This document shows positions 24,858 through 37,350 of a DNA stretch of 64,000 bases, in pieces. Made by a program: the position numbers and the translations under genes. The DNA is from Azolla caroliniana (taxonomy: Eukaryota > Plantae > Polypodiophyta): assembly GCA_043228905.1 (NCBI GenBank), contig JBHGNT010000001.1, forward strand, positions 12,648,001-12,712,000, written 5' to 3'. The notes below the pieces were generated by a model. It searched no databases, was not told where the DNA came from, and saw nothing but the letters and a program-made list of their open reading frames with translations. Position 1 is the stretch's first letter. The number at the start of each line of letters is the position of its first letter.

Positions 24858-25454
24858 CCTGTACTACCCCCAAGCTAATGGTCTTGCCGAATCCACAACT
24901 AAAACCCTTCAGACCATTCTTAAGAAAATCATCAATGAAAATCGCGTAGATTGGGATGATAAATTACACAGTGCTTTATGGGCTTATCGCATGACCTATA
25001 AAACCAGTATCGGCTCCATGCCTTTTCAGCTGGCTTTCGGATTAGAAGCCATAATGCCAATTGAATTCCAGGTACCCAGCTTACGATTGCAAATAGCTGA
25101 ACGATTACCGGAATCAGAATCCAAGCACCAGTGTCTGGTCCAATCGCTCGAACTCGGAGAACAATGAATTACCAGTCTGGCCCAATTGGAGGACGGCCAA
25201 AGACGAAGGAAAGCCTTTGTCAACAGACATTATCGAATACCGGACAAAACCTTTGAAATTGGGTAACCGGTCTTGGTTTTCCAACCAAACTCGGGGCTAT
25301 GCCCGACAAGCTTCGATTCCGGTGGACAAGGCCTTTCTGGATCATCGACACGTACAACAGCACCTTTCAACTCGACACACTGGCCGGCGAAGCGCTACCG
25401 CATTGGATCAACGGGTTTCGCTTTAAACCGTACCGTGGAACGACACCACCTATC

Positions 25455-28400
25455 TGTTAGGAAACAGGTCCCTCCGGATGGTAAGTGAGAAGAACAGTAC
25501 CGATGAGCAAACTCGACCAAGGTCAATAGGCCGAGGCCGAAACCGGATGTGGAGTACCGGGCAACGGAAGACTTGGTGAGAACCGGATGAGTAGTACCCG
25601 GCAAGAGCCGGATGGTGAAGACCCGGTGAGAACCGGATGAAGAGTACCCGACTACGGAAGACTCGGTGAGAACCGGATGAAGAGTACCCGAGTATGGAAG
25701 ACCCGGTGAGAACCGGATGAGTAGTACCCGGCAAGAGCCGGATGGTGAAGGCCCGGTGAGAAGTGTTCACCGGATGAGTAGTACCCGGCAAGAGCCGGAT
25801 GGTGAAGGCCCGGTGAGAAGTGTTCACCGGATGAAGGGACATATTCGTAAATATGTTTCTGAGAGTCAATCGGGGCTATATTTGTAAATAGCCGAAAAGT
25901 CATATTAGTATAAATATGACTTAGGGCAAACTTAGTATATGATGTTGTTGTTGTTGTCATTCTTGTTGGCGCTAGATCAGAGAGCGCGTAACAGTGTACA
26001 GAGAGAGAGAGAGAGAGAGGAAGAGGTCGTTGCCTCTGTTGTAACCGCCGCCTGTGGCGAAGATCGAGAGCGCGAGGTTGTTGCCTCCGTGAACTCACTG
26101 TTGTAATCATTGTGATATAGTGATAGTTTGGAGTCGGTGGACTCCCGTGGTTTTTCCCTCTCAGGGTTTTCCACGTTAAATATCCTGTGCACTCTTCTCT
26201 CACCTTTGTGTCGTGCGTTCATTACCTGTTTTCTGTGTTTTATTTTAGACTCGGTTGTGGCCGAGCGTTGTTCATCGGAGCATGTAGTTCCTATCAAAGT
26301 GGTATCAGAGCTAGGCAACACAGAAAAATGGATGATTCGTTGGGAGGCATGTTCAAGCTCACCGGCTCCAACTATTCGGTGTGGAAGTCGAAGATGAGGG
26401 ACATGCTCGTGGTTAAAGACCTTTGGCTACCGGTTCAGTTCGGGGACAAGAGACCGGACAAAATCGACACCGCGATGTGAGAGGTGATGCACATGAAGAC
26501 AACGGCATACATACGGTGCTTCATCGACATGAGTCTATACAACAACTTCAATGAAGAGAGCAAGGCTCATGAGCTCTGGGAGAAGATCGACATTATGTTT
26601 CAGAACAAAAATGTTGTTTATCAGGTTTCGGTATTCCGGATGCTAGTAAGACTCCGGTACCAAGATGGCTCCAGCATGGCGGAGCACATGAATGCCTTCT
26701 AGGGGCTGATCCACTAGGCAACATCATTGGAAGTACCTCTCGCCGATAAGGTACTAGCGCTACTCCTGCTCGGTTCCCTCCCAGATAGCTGGGAGACGTT
26801 GGTTGTCACTTTGGGCAACGCCAGACCAGAAGGGAAACGGTTATCCCTAGCAAGAGTGAAGTCGAGATTCCTAGATGAGGAGGCGCGTCGGAAAGATAAG
26901 GATACGAGCTCCGACTCCAAAGCGTTCCTTACCGAATCGGAACGCGGAAGACAAAGAAACTGTAGTCCCCAGAACCGGGAAAAGTCGGGGACACAATCAA
27001 AGTCAAGGGGGAGGCCTACTTGCTTCTATTGCGGCAAGTCGGGACACTTCCAGAAGAACTGTCGGCATTTACGAAAAGACAAGGAAACCGACGGTACCGA
27101 TTCGAAGCGGGCACCGGACCGGAAGGGAACAACAGCAATTGCGACAAGTGAAGAAGAGTTGATGCTCATCACCGAGGAGAGTGAGATAAACCTTGCCGGC
27201 GACGAGATGACCTGGGTGGTCAACTCCGGAGAGTCGTTCCACCTTATCCCAGACCGGAAATGCTTCTCATCCTACTCAGTCGGTGATCACGGCTGTGTCC
27301 GGATGGGGAATGAAAGTACATGCCGAATTGTCGGCATAGGAGACGTGTGGTTGAAAACACCAACCGGATGCAAGCTGCTGCTGAAGGATGTTCGACACGT
27401 TCCGGAGGTTCGTTTGAACCTAATATCAGTCGGTCGGCTAGATGATGAAGGCTACATGGGTAGCATCCGGAATGGTGTTATGAAGTTCGGCAAAGGGAGC
27501 CTAATTGTGGCTCAGGACCGAAAGGTAAACACGTTGTACCTGATGAATGCCCGGTTATGTCCGGGGGAAGTGAACGTGGCATCCGACACTGCTGGTGAGA
27601 TGTGGCACAAAAGGCTGTGTCACATGAGCGAGAAGGGGATGAAGAGGCTTGCAGACGATAACCTCATTCCAGTGAAGAACGTGCACTTGGAGAAGTGCAC
27701 TAATTTCCTGGCCGGTAAGCAAAACCGGACCTCCTTCTGACCAAGGCCACTGATGAGACGTAATGCACCACTGGAGTTGGTGCATACTGATGTGTGTCAA
27801 GTGGACACGAAGTCACATGCAGGATCGCAGTACTTCGTGACGTTCATAGATGACCACAGCCGGAAGCTGTGGGCCACACCGTTGAAGACGACGGATCAGG
27901 TGCTATCTGGTTTCAAAGAGCTCCACGTGAGAGTGGAAAGAGAAACCGGCCAGAAGCTGAAGGCGGTTCGAGAAGATAACGGAGGTGAATACCGGGGGCA
28001 GTTCGAGGAGTACTGCCGCTCGAAGGGAATCCGGCTCGAATTTACCGTGCCGAAGACGCCGGAACTAAACGGGCTGGCCGAGAGGATGAACCAGACCATA
28101 ATGGAGAGGGTTCGGAGTATGCTGGCGCATGCAAAACTACCCAAGAAGTTTTGGGTTGAGGCACTGTCAACGGCGACATATGTGATAAACAAATCACCCT
28201 TAGTACCCTTGGACGGAGACACGCCGTAGACAGTATGGACCGGTAAGGAACTGTCCTACCGGCATCTGAAAGTATTCGGGTGTCTTGCGTACGTGCATGT
28301 AGCTAAGGACCGGAGAGGAAAGTTGGATCCAAAGACCCGGCCATGCATATTCCTCGGTTACGGCGACGATGAGTTCGGCTACCGAGTGTGGGACCTGGTC

Positions 28401-31109
28401 GACAAGAAGGTATTCTGGAGTCGAGATATTATCTTCTTGGAGGACAAGACACTCACCGACTGGGAATCGGAGAAGAAGATAATGAACTCTGAGTCGACCG
28501 GTAAGGATCGATTCAACAATGAGCAGACCCAACCGGCAAGAGATCGGTTAGCACTCGAGGAACCAGCCGGTTACGGTGAGGATACCGAACCGGCAGAAGA
28601 AGAAGTAGAGCAAGCTGAAACCGGAACCAGCCAAGACCCCGAATCGGATGAAGATGAAGATCAAATAGTGGAGCCTGTTGCCGAAGGCCAAAGACGGAGA
28701 TATCCTCTCAGAGAGAGAAGGCCCCCCCGGAGATTTCCGGATGCAGAGCATGTGCTGCTAACCGATGAGGGGGAGCCAGAAAGCTTCGAAGAAGCGAAGG
28801 ATGACACCCACAACCGCAAATGGTTAAGTGCCATGCAGGAAGAGATGGATTCCCTACATGAGAACCATACGTATGAATTGGTGGAGTTGCCGAAAGGAAA
28901 GCGGTCACTCCGAAATAAGTGGGTGTACAAGTTGAAACCGGGAGATGCAGGCAAAACCCCGAGATACAAAGCCAGGATCGTGGTGAAGGGGTTCTAGCAG
29001 AAGAAGGGCGTGGACTTCGACGAGATATTTGCCCCGGTAGTAAAGATGACCTCCAACCGGATGGTGTTGAGTATAGCGGCTAGCATGAATCTCGAGGTAG
29101 AGCAGCTGGACGTGAAGACGACATTCCTTCACGGTGACCTCGAAGAGGAGATCTACATGCAGCAACTGGAAGGATTCGTTGAGAAAGGGAAGGAGCACCT
29201 AGTATGTCAGTTGAAGAAGAGCCTGTACGGACTGAAGCAGGCACCCTGACAATGATACCGGAAGTTCGACTCCTTCATGACATATCAAGGGTACCACAAG
29301 ACGCAGGCCGATCACTGCATGTTTGTGAAGAAGTTCGAAGGAGGCGACTTCCTGATACTCCTTCTGTACGTGGACGACATGTTGATCGTCGGACGGGACC
29401 AAGCCAAAATACGGATGCTGAAGAAGGCTCTCAACCGGACCTTCTCAATGAAAGACTTGGGTCCGGCAAGACAAATGTTGGGAATGCATATCATCTGGAA
29501 CCAGCCAACGAAGCAACTGTGGCTGTCAAAGGAGAAATACGTGACAAAGGTGCTTCAGCGGTTCAACATGTCAGATGCGAAACCGGTCGGATCGACACTT
29601 CCGGCAAACTGCAGGTTATCCGGTAAGCAAAGCCCGAAGACGAAAGTAGAGAAGGCGGATATGATGAAGGTTCCATATGCCTCTGCCGTCGAGAGCTTAA
29701 TGTACGCAATGGTGTGTACCCGACCGGATATAGGATACGCAGTCGGAGTGGTGAGCCGGTTTATGAGCAATCCCGGCAAGGAGCACTGGAACGCGGTCAA
29801 ATGGATACTCCGGTACTTGAAGGACATTTCAAATATGTGTCTCCAATTCGGCTCCGCAAAACCTCAACTTGACGGTTTTACCGATTCGTACATGTCGGCT
29901 GATGTGCATTCCAGCTGGTCTACATCCGGGTATGTAATGACATATGCAGGGGGAGCTGTTTCGTGGCAGTCGAGGCAGCAGAAGACGGTTGCGTTGTCAA
30001 CCACGAAGGCAGAGTACATGGCGTTTGTGGAAGTCGGCAAGGAAATATTATGGATGAAGAACTTCATCGGAGAGCTCCGTATCCGGCAAGATGAATACCG
30101 GCTCTATTGCGACAGTCAAAGTGCCATCCACCTTGCTAAGAATGCGGCCTACCATTCTCGGACGCAGCATATCCAGCGAAGGTATCACTAGATCCGGGAA
30201 AGAGTAGATGACCATGAGTTCGTGCTGACGAAGATCCACACGGCCGAGAACGGGTCAGATATGCTAACCAAACTACTTATACCCGACAAGTTGGATGCAT
30301 GCCGCAAGCGGATCGGACTAGTAAGACATCCCATGCCGGAGTGAAGGGGGAGTTTGTTAGGAAATAGGTCCCTCCAGATGGGAAGTGAGAAGAACAGTAC
30401 CGAAACCGGATGTAGAGTACCCGGCAACGGAAGACCCGGTGAGAACCGGATGAGTAGTACCCGGCAAGAGCCGGATGGTGAAGACCCGGTGAGAACCGGA
30501 TGAAGAGTACTCGACTACGGAAGACCCGGTGAGAACCGGATGAAGAGTAACCGATTATGGAAGACCCGATGAGAACCGGATGAGTAGTACCTAGCAAGAG
30601 CCGGATGGTGAAGGCCCGGTGAGAAGTGCTCAGCGGATGAAAGGACATATTCGTAAATATGTTTCCGAGAGTCCATCGGGGCTATATTTGTAAATAGCCG
30701 AAAAGTCATATTAGTATAAATATGACTTAGGGCAAACTTAGTACATGATGTTGTTGTTGTTGTCATTCTTGTTGGCGCTAGATCAGAGAGCGCGTAACAG
30801 TGTACAGAGAGAGAGAGAGAGAGAGAGAGAGGAAGAGGTTGTTGCCTCTGTTGTAACCGCCGCCTGTGGCGAAGATCGAGAGCGCGAGGTCGTTGCCTCC
30901 GTGAGCTCACTGTTGTAATCATTGTGATATAGTGATAGTTTGGAGTCTGTGGACTCCCGTGGTTTTTCCCTCTCAGTTTTCCACGTTAAACATCCTGTGT
31001 ACTCTTCTCTCCTTTGTGTCGTGTTTTTTTTTCATTCCCCGTTTTCTGTGTTTGATTCTAAGCTCGGTTGTGGCTGAGCAGTGTTCATCGGGGCGTTTAG
31101 TTCCTGTCA
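25455..31109 (+). mobile_element. Full-length Ty1/copia (Tnt1/Tork-TAR-like) inserted in element D
   Basis: LTRs 25455-26296 and 30355-31109; TSD CTATC; PBS TGGTATCAGAGC 26300-26311; PPT GAAGGGGGAG 30343-30352. Confidence 0.96.
26328..30344 (+). pseudogene. Copia gag-pol in a single frame with 8 nonsense codons
   Basis: CFYCGKSGHFQKNC, WHKRLCH, FIDD, DNGGEY, QLDVKT, LYGLKQAP, YVDD, DSQSAIHL. Confidence 0.95.
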
Positions 31110-31578
31110 CTATCCCCTTTACCAAACGACGGCACAATTTCGACCAAACGATGGTAGGTGGAATGGAAGATTACGAGGGCATCACACCTCGATGACGGTA
31201 ACAACCCTACCTACCATCCATGTGTACACTATTATTATGAAAATGAAAAATGAAAAAAAAAGAACCCACTCACTATTTAAAGATGAGGTACAATGTTTGA
31301 GAAAAGCAAGTACAAAAGGTTCACACGACGCATGGCCCTTAACTCTCAGTATGGCAGGCAAGATTATGAATCTAGGGCACAAGGGCATGACTCGGGATCC
31401 GAGGCATCCACACAAAAGCATCACCAACAACCAGAGCCACCACACTTGCAAGAACTCTCAAGCTTTCGCTCCTTCTGCGCAGAACTACTCTCATTCCCCT
31501 ACCCTATCTAACCAAGCTTTCTCTCATTCTCCATCTCCACAACCTTCTCCCTATCTACCTAACTCTCCAGCCATCACC

Positions 31579-32090
31579 ATGCCACTCGAAGTATCTAAAG
31601 AACTCCGCACCTAGATGTCTAGACACGGCCTCTCAGGATATCTCAACGTCCTCGACGCACCTCCCCACCCAGAGGCCAAGGCCATAGCCAGAAGGATCCA
31701 TCCCGGCACCATCTCCAACAACATGATCCGTGCAGCGCTTCGTTTGTAGAGGGGGGGTGAGCACGATATCGACGTGCCGCCTCAACACATCTTGGAGCAA
31801 CACTTCGAAGAGTATTCCATTTCAGCAAAAGCCCATCCCACGCATGGCGGACCCAATGAGTTTTCTAGGAACCCAGCCCACCTCCTCCTCGAATACGTAT
31901 GCATTCATGCCAACCCCTACAGCATGCCGAAGAAAAATGCAGGGCTGATTATTACAGACTACCGTGGCAAAGCCATTGATTGGGGGATCATCACTGGTGA
32001 AGGTGTCCGAGCGGCCATTACTTCTTTTCAATCAGGGAAACGATTTTTACCCGTACTAGCACAATACACTACCGTGTTGTACCCTCTAGG
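31579..32090 (+). pseudogene. N-terminal part of the element D extra 3' ORF
   Basis: HGLSGYL..PPHPEA..FEEYSISAKAH..MPKKNAGLII..IDWG aligns with HGLEGFL..PPHKEA..FGEYSLASKGY..MPQNRAGMII..VDWP in element B. Confidence 0.82.
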
Positions 32091-32869
32091 TTTATGTGGA
32101 CAATTCACAGCTATATGTCCTAGACCGCCGCAATATAGACATAGGCAGTGCGCCCGATGTCGTTGTTTCTCAGCATCGGATAAAGGCCCTCGACAGTGTT
32201 GTCTCTATTTCCATCGGAGTTGGGCCATCCCTTGTAAAGGGTCTGGAAACTTGTGGGGGTGTTGCAACTACGAAAGCATACGTTTGTTCTGGTTGGTGGC
32301 GTAACTTTTGTTGGCGCTCAGAACGTCGCTCAAAAAGACAATTATCACATCGTACAGCTCGACTAATGGCCTTTGTTAGAGACTTCAGATCTTCATGGAA
32401 AGTAAGTAGAACATCTTTGACGTCATTACGCAAACCTTGACGGAATTAATCTGTTAAAGCCGCCTCATCCCACGGGATATCGCATGCCAAAAGACGAAAA
32501 TCAGCTGCATACGCCGACACGGGACGATCTCCTTGCTGGAGTCTTCGAATCTTGTTTATCGCCATCCTAGTGCTGTTAGTGTCTCCAAAACTAGCCTGAA
32601 ACTCCTTAACAAATGTCTCAAAATCGTCTAGCAATGATGATTTCTTCTCAAGAAGTGGTGCAAACCATGCTAATGTTGTACCACATAAAAAGGTTCCCAC
32701 TAATCCCACACGAGCCGTGACAGTTGGGTACCGATTGGGATGTAACTGAATAACCAAACAGACTTGATTAAAAAAACCTCGAAATAAAGACCTCGTACCA
32801 TCAAATTTGGCAAGGAGACTAATCTTTGGTTCTCGAGGGGAGTTTTGAGCCCTCGACGCTTGTTCCCGT

Positions 32870-35800
32870 TGTCGTGCCTTTCGGCGCCGGATCGTTGCGT
32901 GAGTCGGGTGGGAACCACTGAGGTTTTGGACTAGGAGAAAGAAGAATATGAGATGAGGCTAGTAATGAATAGAATATTAAATAGATAGATAGAAATTTCG
33001 TGAATCCCACGAGTGTATTGTATTCGATTAATCAATATTTAGATAAGAATATGTATTTAGATTGAAAGAAAGATATAAGAAACTTGTGAATCCCACAAGT
33101 ATAGATTATATTATTTTCGTGAATCCCACGATTATATTAATCGGTTGGTGTTTTCGGAAATATATCCAATTTCCAAATATTTCACACACCTATTGCATTG
33201 TGCTCCCCATCCTTATGTAGTGATGAGGGAGTCCATGCTTTTTTTCTTCTAACTATAGACTCCATGCTTTTCCTATAGATAGACTATATGCTTTATCTAA
33301 AGTGATCATGCTTTTTCTAACTTGTGCGTTTTTTTATCAACTATAGCGTTCATGCACGCTAGATGTGCATGCGTACTTTTTCTTTTAGCATGCGTTTTCT
33401 TTTAAGTAAAGTTTATCCTAGGTGAACTAAGCTTTCTATGTGGAACATCTATTTTTGAATACTAATGAAATGCTAGTGTAATGGTAAGACATTACATTAT
33501 TAACATTGAGGTGCAAGGTTTGAATCTTGCCCTATGCATGTTATATACATTTTAATATTTTCTACTATTTATTCATATTTATTAAATCGGTACTTTATAA
33601 GTTTTTCACGTAGTGTACGAAATACACTACGACACTCGCCCCCTCCGAACCCGCACATCCTCCGGTATGTGCCGAAGTTGTCGGTGATTGTTAGTCTCGT
33701 CCGTCCGTTCTCTGCATGGTTGGTTGCCGACTCCGCCCGGTTTCCGGTTCAGTTCAGTTGCCGGCTCTGTCCGGTCTCCGGTTACCGGCCCTCGTAATTC
33801 TTCGTTACTTGTTGTACCCTTCGTTTCTCTTGCTATGTCAGCTTTGTCTCTCCATTTTGAGCACATCCATTCTTTCCACCCGAACCATTGTCGCCATCCG
33901 ATCCACCATAATCTTCGTTCATTCTTTGCATTGCCATGAGTGGTTGTCATGGTCCCTTGTGGTACTCTTGAGCATCTCGGTGTGTTGTCTCTCTCCACTC
34001 CGCGCTTGTCTTCCGTAGGTTCTACCCACGCGTCGATGTCGACCTCCGAATACGCGCTCTCTATTAGGTCCTTGTGCGGCTTTAATGCATGCTTTATTTC
34101 TCGATGTTGCGCATGCGTTGTATTAGGCCGTAGCGCATGCTTCGTATTCCATCGTAGTGCATGCGTCGTATTATCCCGTAGTGCATGCTTCTTTTTGCAC
34201 CGTAGCGCATGCTTCTTTTTGCGCCGTAGCGTGTGCTTCTCTTTACTCTGTAGCACGTGCTTCTTTTGGTGCCGTAGCGCGTGCTCCGTATTACATGCTT
34301 CTCCCATCGTAGACCCGACCTTCGCGTTGTCGTGCTTTTGTTTACATCGGAATTTCAGACGGATCATCTTCCATCCGAACCGGCTTCCGACTTTACCTTC
34401 CTTGCTGCCACCTCCCGTCTCTCCGGTCTCACGTTGGTTCTCGGACACAACCGCCGAAGTCTCTAGAATTAGTGGGTAGGAATCCTCGATATTATCATCC
34501 TCCGTTGTTTCACCCATAGCCATATTCTCGGCTATCTCTCCGTCATACGCATCATCGGCTTCGGCCTTTGTTTTCTCTCCGCCACCTTCCGTCTCTTCGG
34601 TCTCACGTTGCCTTTCGAATGCAACCGCCGGAGTCTCTAGAATCAGTGGTGGGGAAGTCTCGATATGGCCATCCGTCGTTGATTCGTCCATAGCCACCTT
34701 TGATTCGATGTCATCTTTCGTGGCGACCTCCTCAATCAAGTCCTCCTTGCTCTCTTTCATTGCATCAATTATGCTTACCCCTTTTTCACCCGATGTTTCG
34801 GACACTTGTATTTTGAAATCTTCTTCTACACTTGGGTTATCGGCCTTATCCTTCGTCGTTGTTCTTTCGCAAGACAAGAGGGTAGCTTGTTTTACACCCT
34901 CTTCCGTCGCACCATCATGTTGTATTTCGGCCTTCATATCGGCTCCATCGTTTGTCTTCAATCGACCATCCTTCATCGGCCATGTCGTTGACAAGATTCT
35001 CATCTTCCTCTCATCATGTCTCCGGCATACCCTTTGGACTTCGGCCCAATCTTCAGTAAGACCATTCGTACCGTCATCGTCTTCGAGTTCAATCCCGATG
35101 TCCATCCTTTCTTTTCGATCGATTGATTTTACGAACATTAGGACTTTATCCTCCCCCACCAATCGTTGTTCCCGCTCCGAGAGTCGAGCAAGACGATGCT
35201 CGAACTCTAGGAATGCTTGTGTTGCACTTCGGTGGGTCTTCTCCGATGCCACCCATTCGTCAAACTCGCGTCGATCTCGTCCCTTCGATCTCTCGTAGTC
35301 ATATGCCTCTCGTAAAGCTTCTTCAAAGGACCCCTATGTTGGATTTTGTTGCCGTATCTTGTAGATTCTTTCTTGTAACTCATTCGTGGCTACCCGACTG
35401 AAGGATATCACTTGCAATCCTTCCGGTATCCCACATCGCATCATCTCCCCTTCGTAGTCATGTAGATAGCGTGACACATCATTTCCGTTGAATTGCCCGT
35501 TTTGTTGCACAAGCCGCTCTACTGCCGACTTCATCTCTGACATCGCACGTTGCTCTTGTTGCATCCGCTCAATCATCATCATCATCATGCTCATCGCCTC
35601 TTGTTGATTTTCCATCTCCTTGCCACCCGTTTTCACGTCGGGTTCACCAACTGTGTCGTGTCTTTCGGCGCCGGATCGTTGCGTGAGTCGGGTGGGAACC
35701 ACTGAGGTTTTGGACTAGGAGAAAGAAGAATATGAGATGAGGCTAGTAATGAATAGATTATTAAAAAGAGAGATAGAAATTTCGTGAATCCCACGAGTGT

Positions 35801-36419
35801 ATTGTATTCGATTAATCAATATTTAGATAAGAATATGTATTTAGATTGAAAGAAAGATATAAGAAACTTGTGAATCCCACAAGTATAGATTATATTATTT
35901 TCGTGAATCCCACGATTATATTAATCGGTTGGTGTTTTCGGAAATATATCCAATTTCCAAATATTTCACACACCTATTACATTGTGCTCCCCATCCTTAT
36001 GTAGTGATGAGGGAGTCCATGCTTTTTTTTTTCTAACTATAGACTCCATGCTTTTCCTATAGATAGACTATATGCTTTATCTAAAGTGATCATGCTTTTT
36101 CTAACTTGTGCGTTTTTTTATCAACTATAGCGTTCATGCACGCTAGATGTGCATGCGTAGCTTTTTCTTTTAGCATGCGTTTTCTTTTAAGTAAAGTTTA
36201 TCCTAGATGAACTAAGCTTTCTATGTGGAACATCTATTTTTAAATACTAATGAAATGCTAGTGTAATGGTAAGACATTACATTATTAATATGGAGGTGCA
36301 AGGTTTGAATCTTGCCCTATGCATGTTATATACATTTTAATATTTTCTACTATTTATTCATATTTATTAAATCGGTACTTTATAAGTTTTTCACGTAGTG
36401 TACGAAATACACTACGACA
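32870..36419 (-). mobile_element. Complete family C gag-only (TR-GAG-like) LTR element
   Basis: LTRs 35654-36419 and 32870-33634 (~765 bp, near-identical). tRNA-Trp PBS 35632-35649; PPT-like GGAGGGGGCGAG; TSD CCGT/TCGT; no pol. Confidence 0.93.
33627..35615 (-). pseudogene. Gag-like ORF (~660 codons, one internal TAG) with an acidic extension and 8-aa basic repeats
   Basis: ORFs 35334-35702 and 33627-35252 are in the same frame. FNGNDVSRYL gag motif; nine HALR-type repeats. Confidence 0.82.
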
Positions 36420-37135
36420 TCGTAATGACAATATAGTAGCCTCGAGTTGGTGAACCCGTTGTGATAATTTTTCAACTTGTTGAGCTTTTTTGATACTCAC
36501 TTGTTGTAGGTCGCCCAATAGCCTTTGATTTTCATGCTCTAATGCCACAAATTTATTCGTGAGCATGTCGAGCTCGGAGAGAACACGCATATATTCTTGT
36601 TTTCTCACGAACTCCATGACGAACGAGGGGAGAGGAGAAGAAATAAGAGAACTTGTGGAAGAGGGAGAAAATGAAAAAAAAATTGGTTCAAACTGTCAAG
36701 ACAAAGAGAGAGAGAGAAGAAAGAGAGAGAAAAAGGGAAAGAGATATATTTATGAGGCAGAAAGAGAGAATTGAAAAGAAAGTATTGTATTGTGATATAA
36801 GATGGAGTACACATAGTAGGCATTAGGGAGCTATAGGATGGCGTTGAACCAATTTGGTTTTTGGATGGTTGATAGCTCCTTATTTATAATTCTCTATAGA
36901 GTAATCTAGAACACTCTAGAATATTCTGGGGTAATCTAGTAATCTAGAAGGTTCTAGCATATAGAACACTCTAGAATATTCTAGGACATTCTAGAATATC
37001 CTTATGATATTAGATTATATATTCTAAAAATAATACGCATAAACTTGTTATTACAATGGTTAAGGATTTGACATGCGTATAACAAGGTTGTGGGTTCAAT
37101 TCCTTTCGAGACAAAATGTGAGTGTCGTCATGACA

Positions 37136-37350
37136 TTGACTATCACACTTTGATACAATGCTCTACCCTTGATAATATTTGACCATGCTTTCCACATCTC
37201 TTCGACTAAGCCCAATCATTGGACAAATTTCTCTCACCAACCACAATGTGCACTCTCGATTGCAACATTCATTGGTAAAGTTCTTGAACATCAAGAGTCG
37301 TTACTCACTTTCACACGTATCACGTTGTCGTGTGAATCTTCTCACACTAT
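37136..37350 (+). mobile_element. 3' end of the RTE LINE whose body lies at 52584-56450, displaced by the inversion
   Basis: TTGAC-TATCACACTTTGAT continues GAGAGT-CTGAG read on the minus strand at 52584. The intact junction is visible in the copy at ~62056-62080. Confidence 0.8.

Larger units (their letters stand above)
19771..31195 (+). pseudogene. gag-pol of element D (many stops; interrupted at 24037-24749 and 25455-31109)
   Basis: Gag with CTVCAKSGH; PR CIIDGG..VNV and LLLGRPWL; RT WLSPIVVIPKK, CVDYRKLN, FGLKTAP; RH ERNYSTTERE; INT DFVGP, SDQG, PQANGLAE. Confidence 0.92.
19140..32090 (+). mobile_element. Element D, 5' half: non-chromovirus Ty3/gypsy (LTR, PBS, gag, PR, RT, RH, INT, start of extra ORF), broken by an inversion
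   Basis: LTR 19140-19627 matches the reverse complement of 40130-40619. TSD GGTTC / AGTTC. Hosts a solo LTR and a copia element. Confidence 0.9.
32091..37135 (-). mobile_element. Tcn1-like chromovirus, 5' half (LTR 36694-37135, self-priming PBS, gag), interrupted by a family C element
   Basis: LTR matches 52102-52583 in inverted orientation. Gag runs 36617 down to 32091 and ends at CLYCGGLGHIAVNC. Confidence 0.9.
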
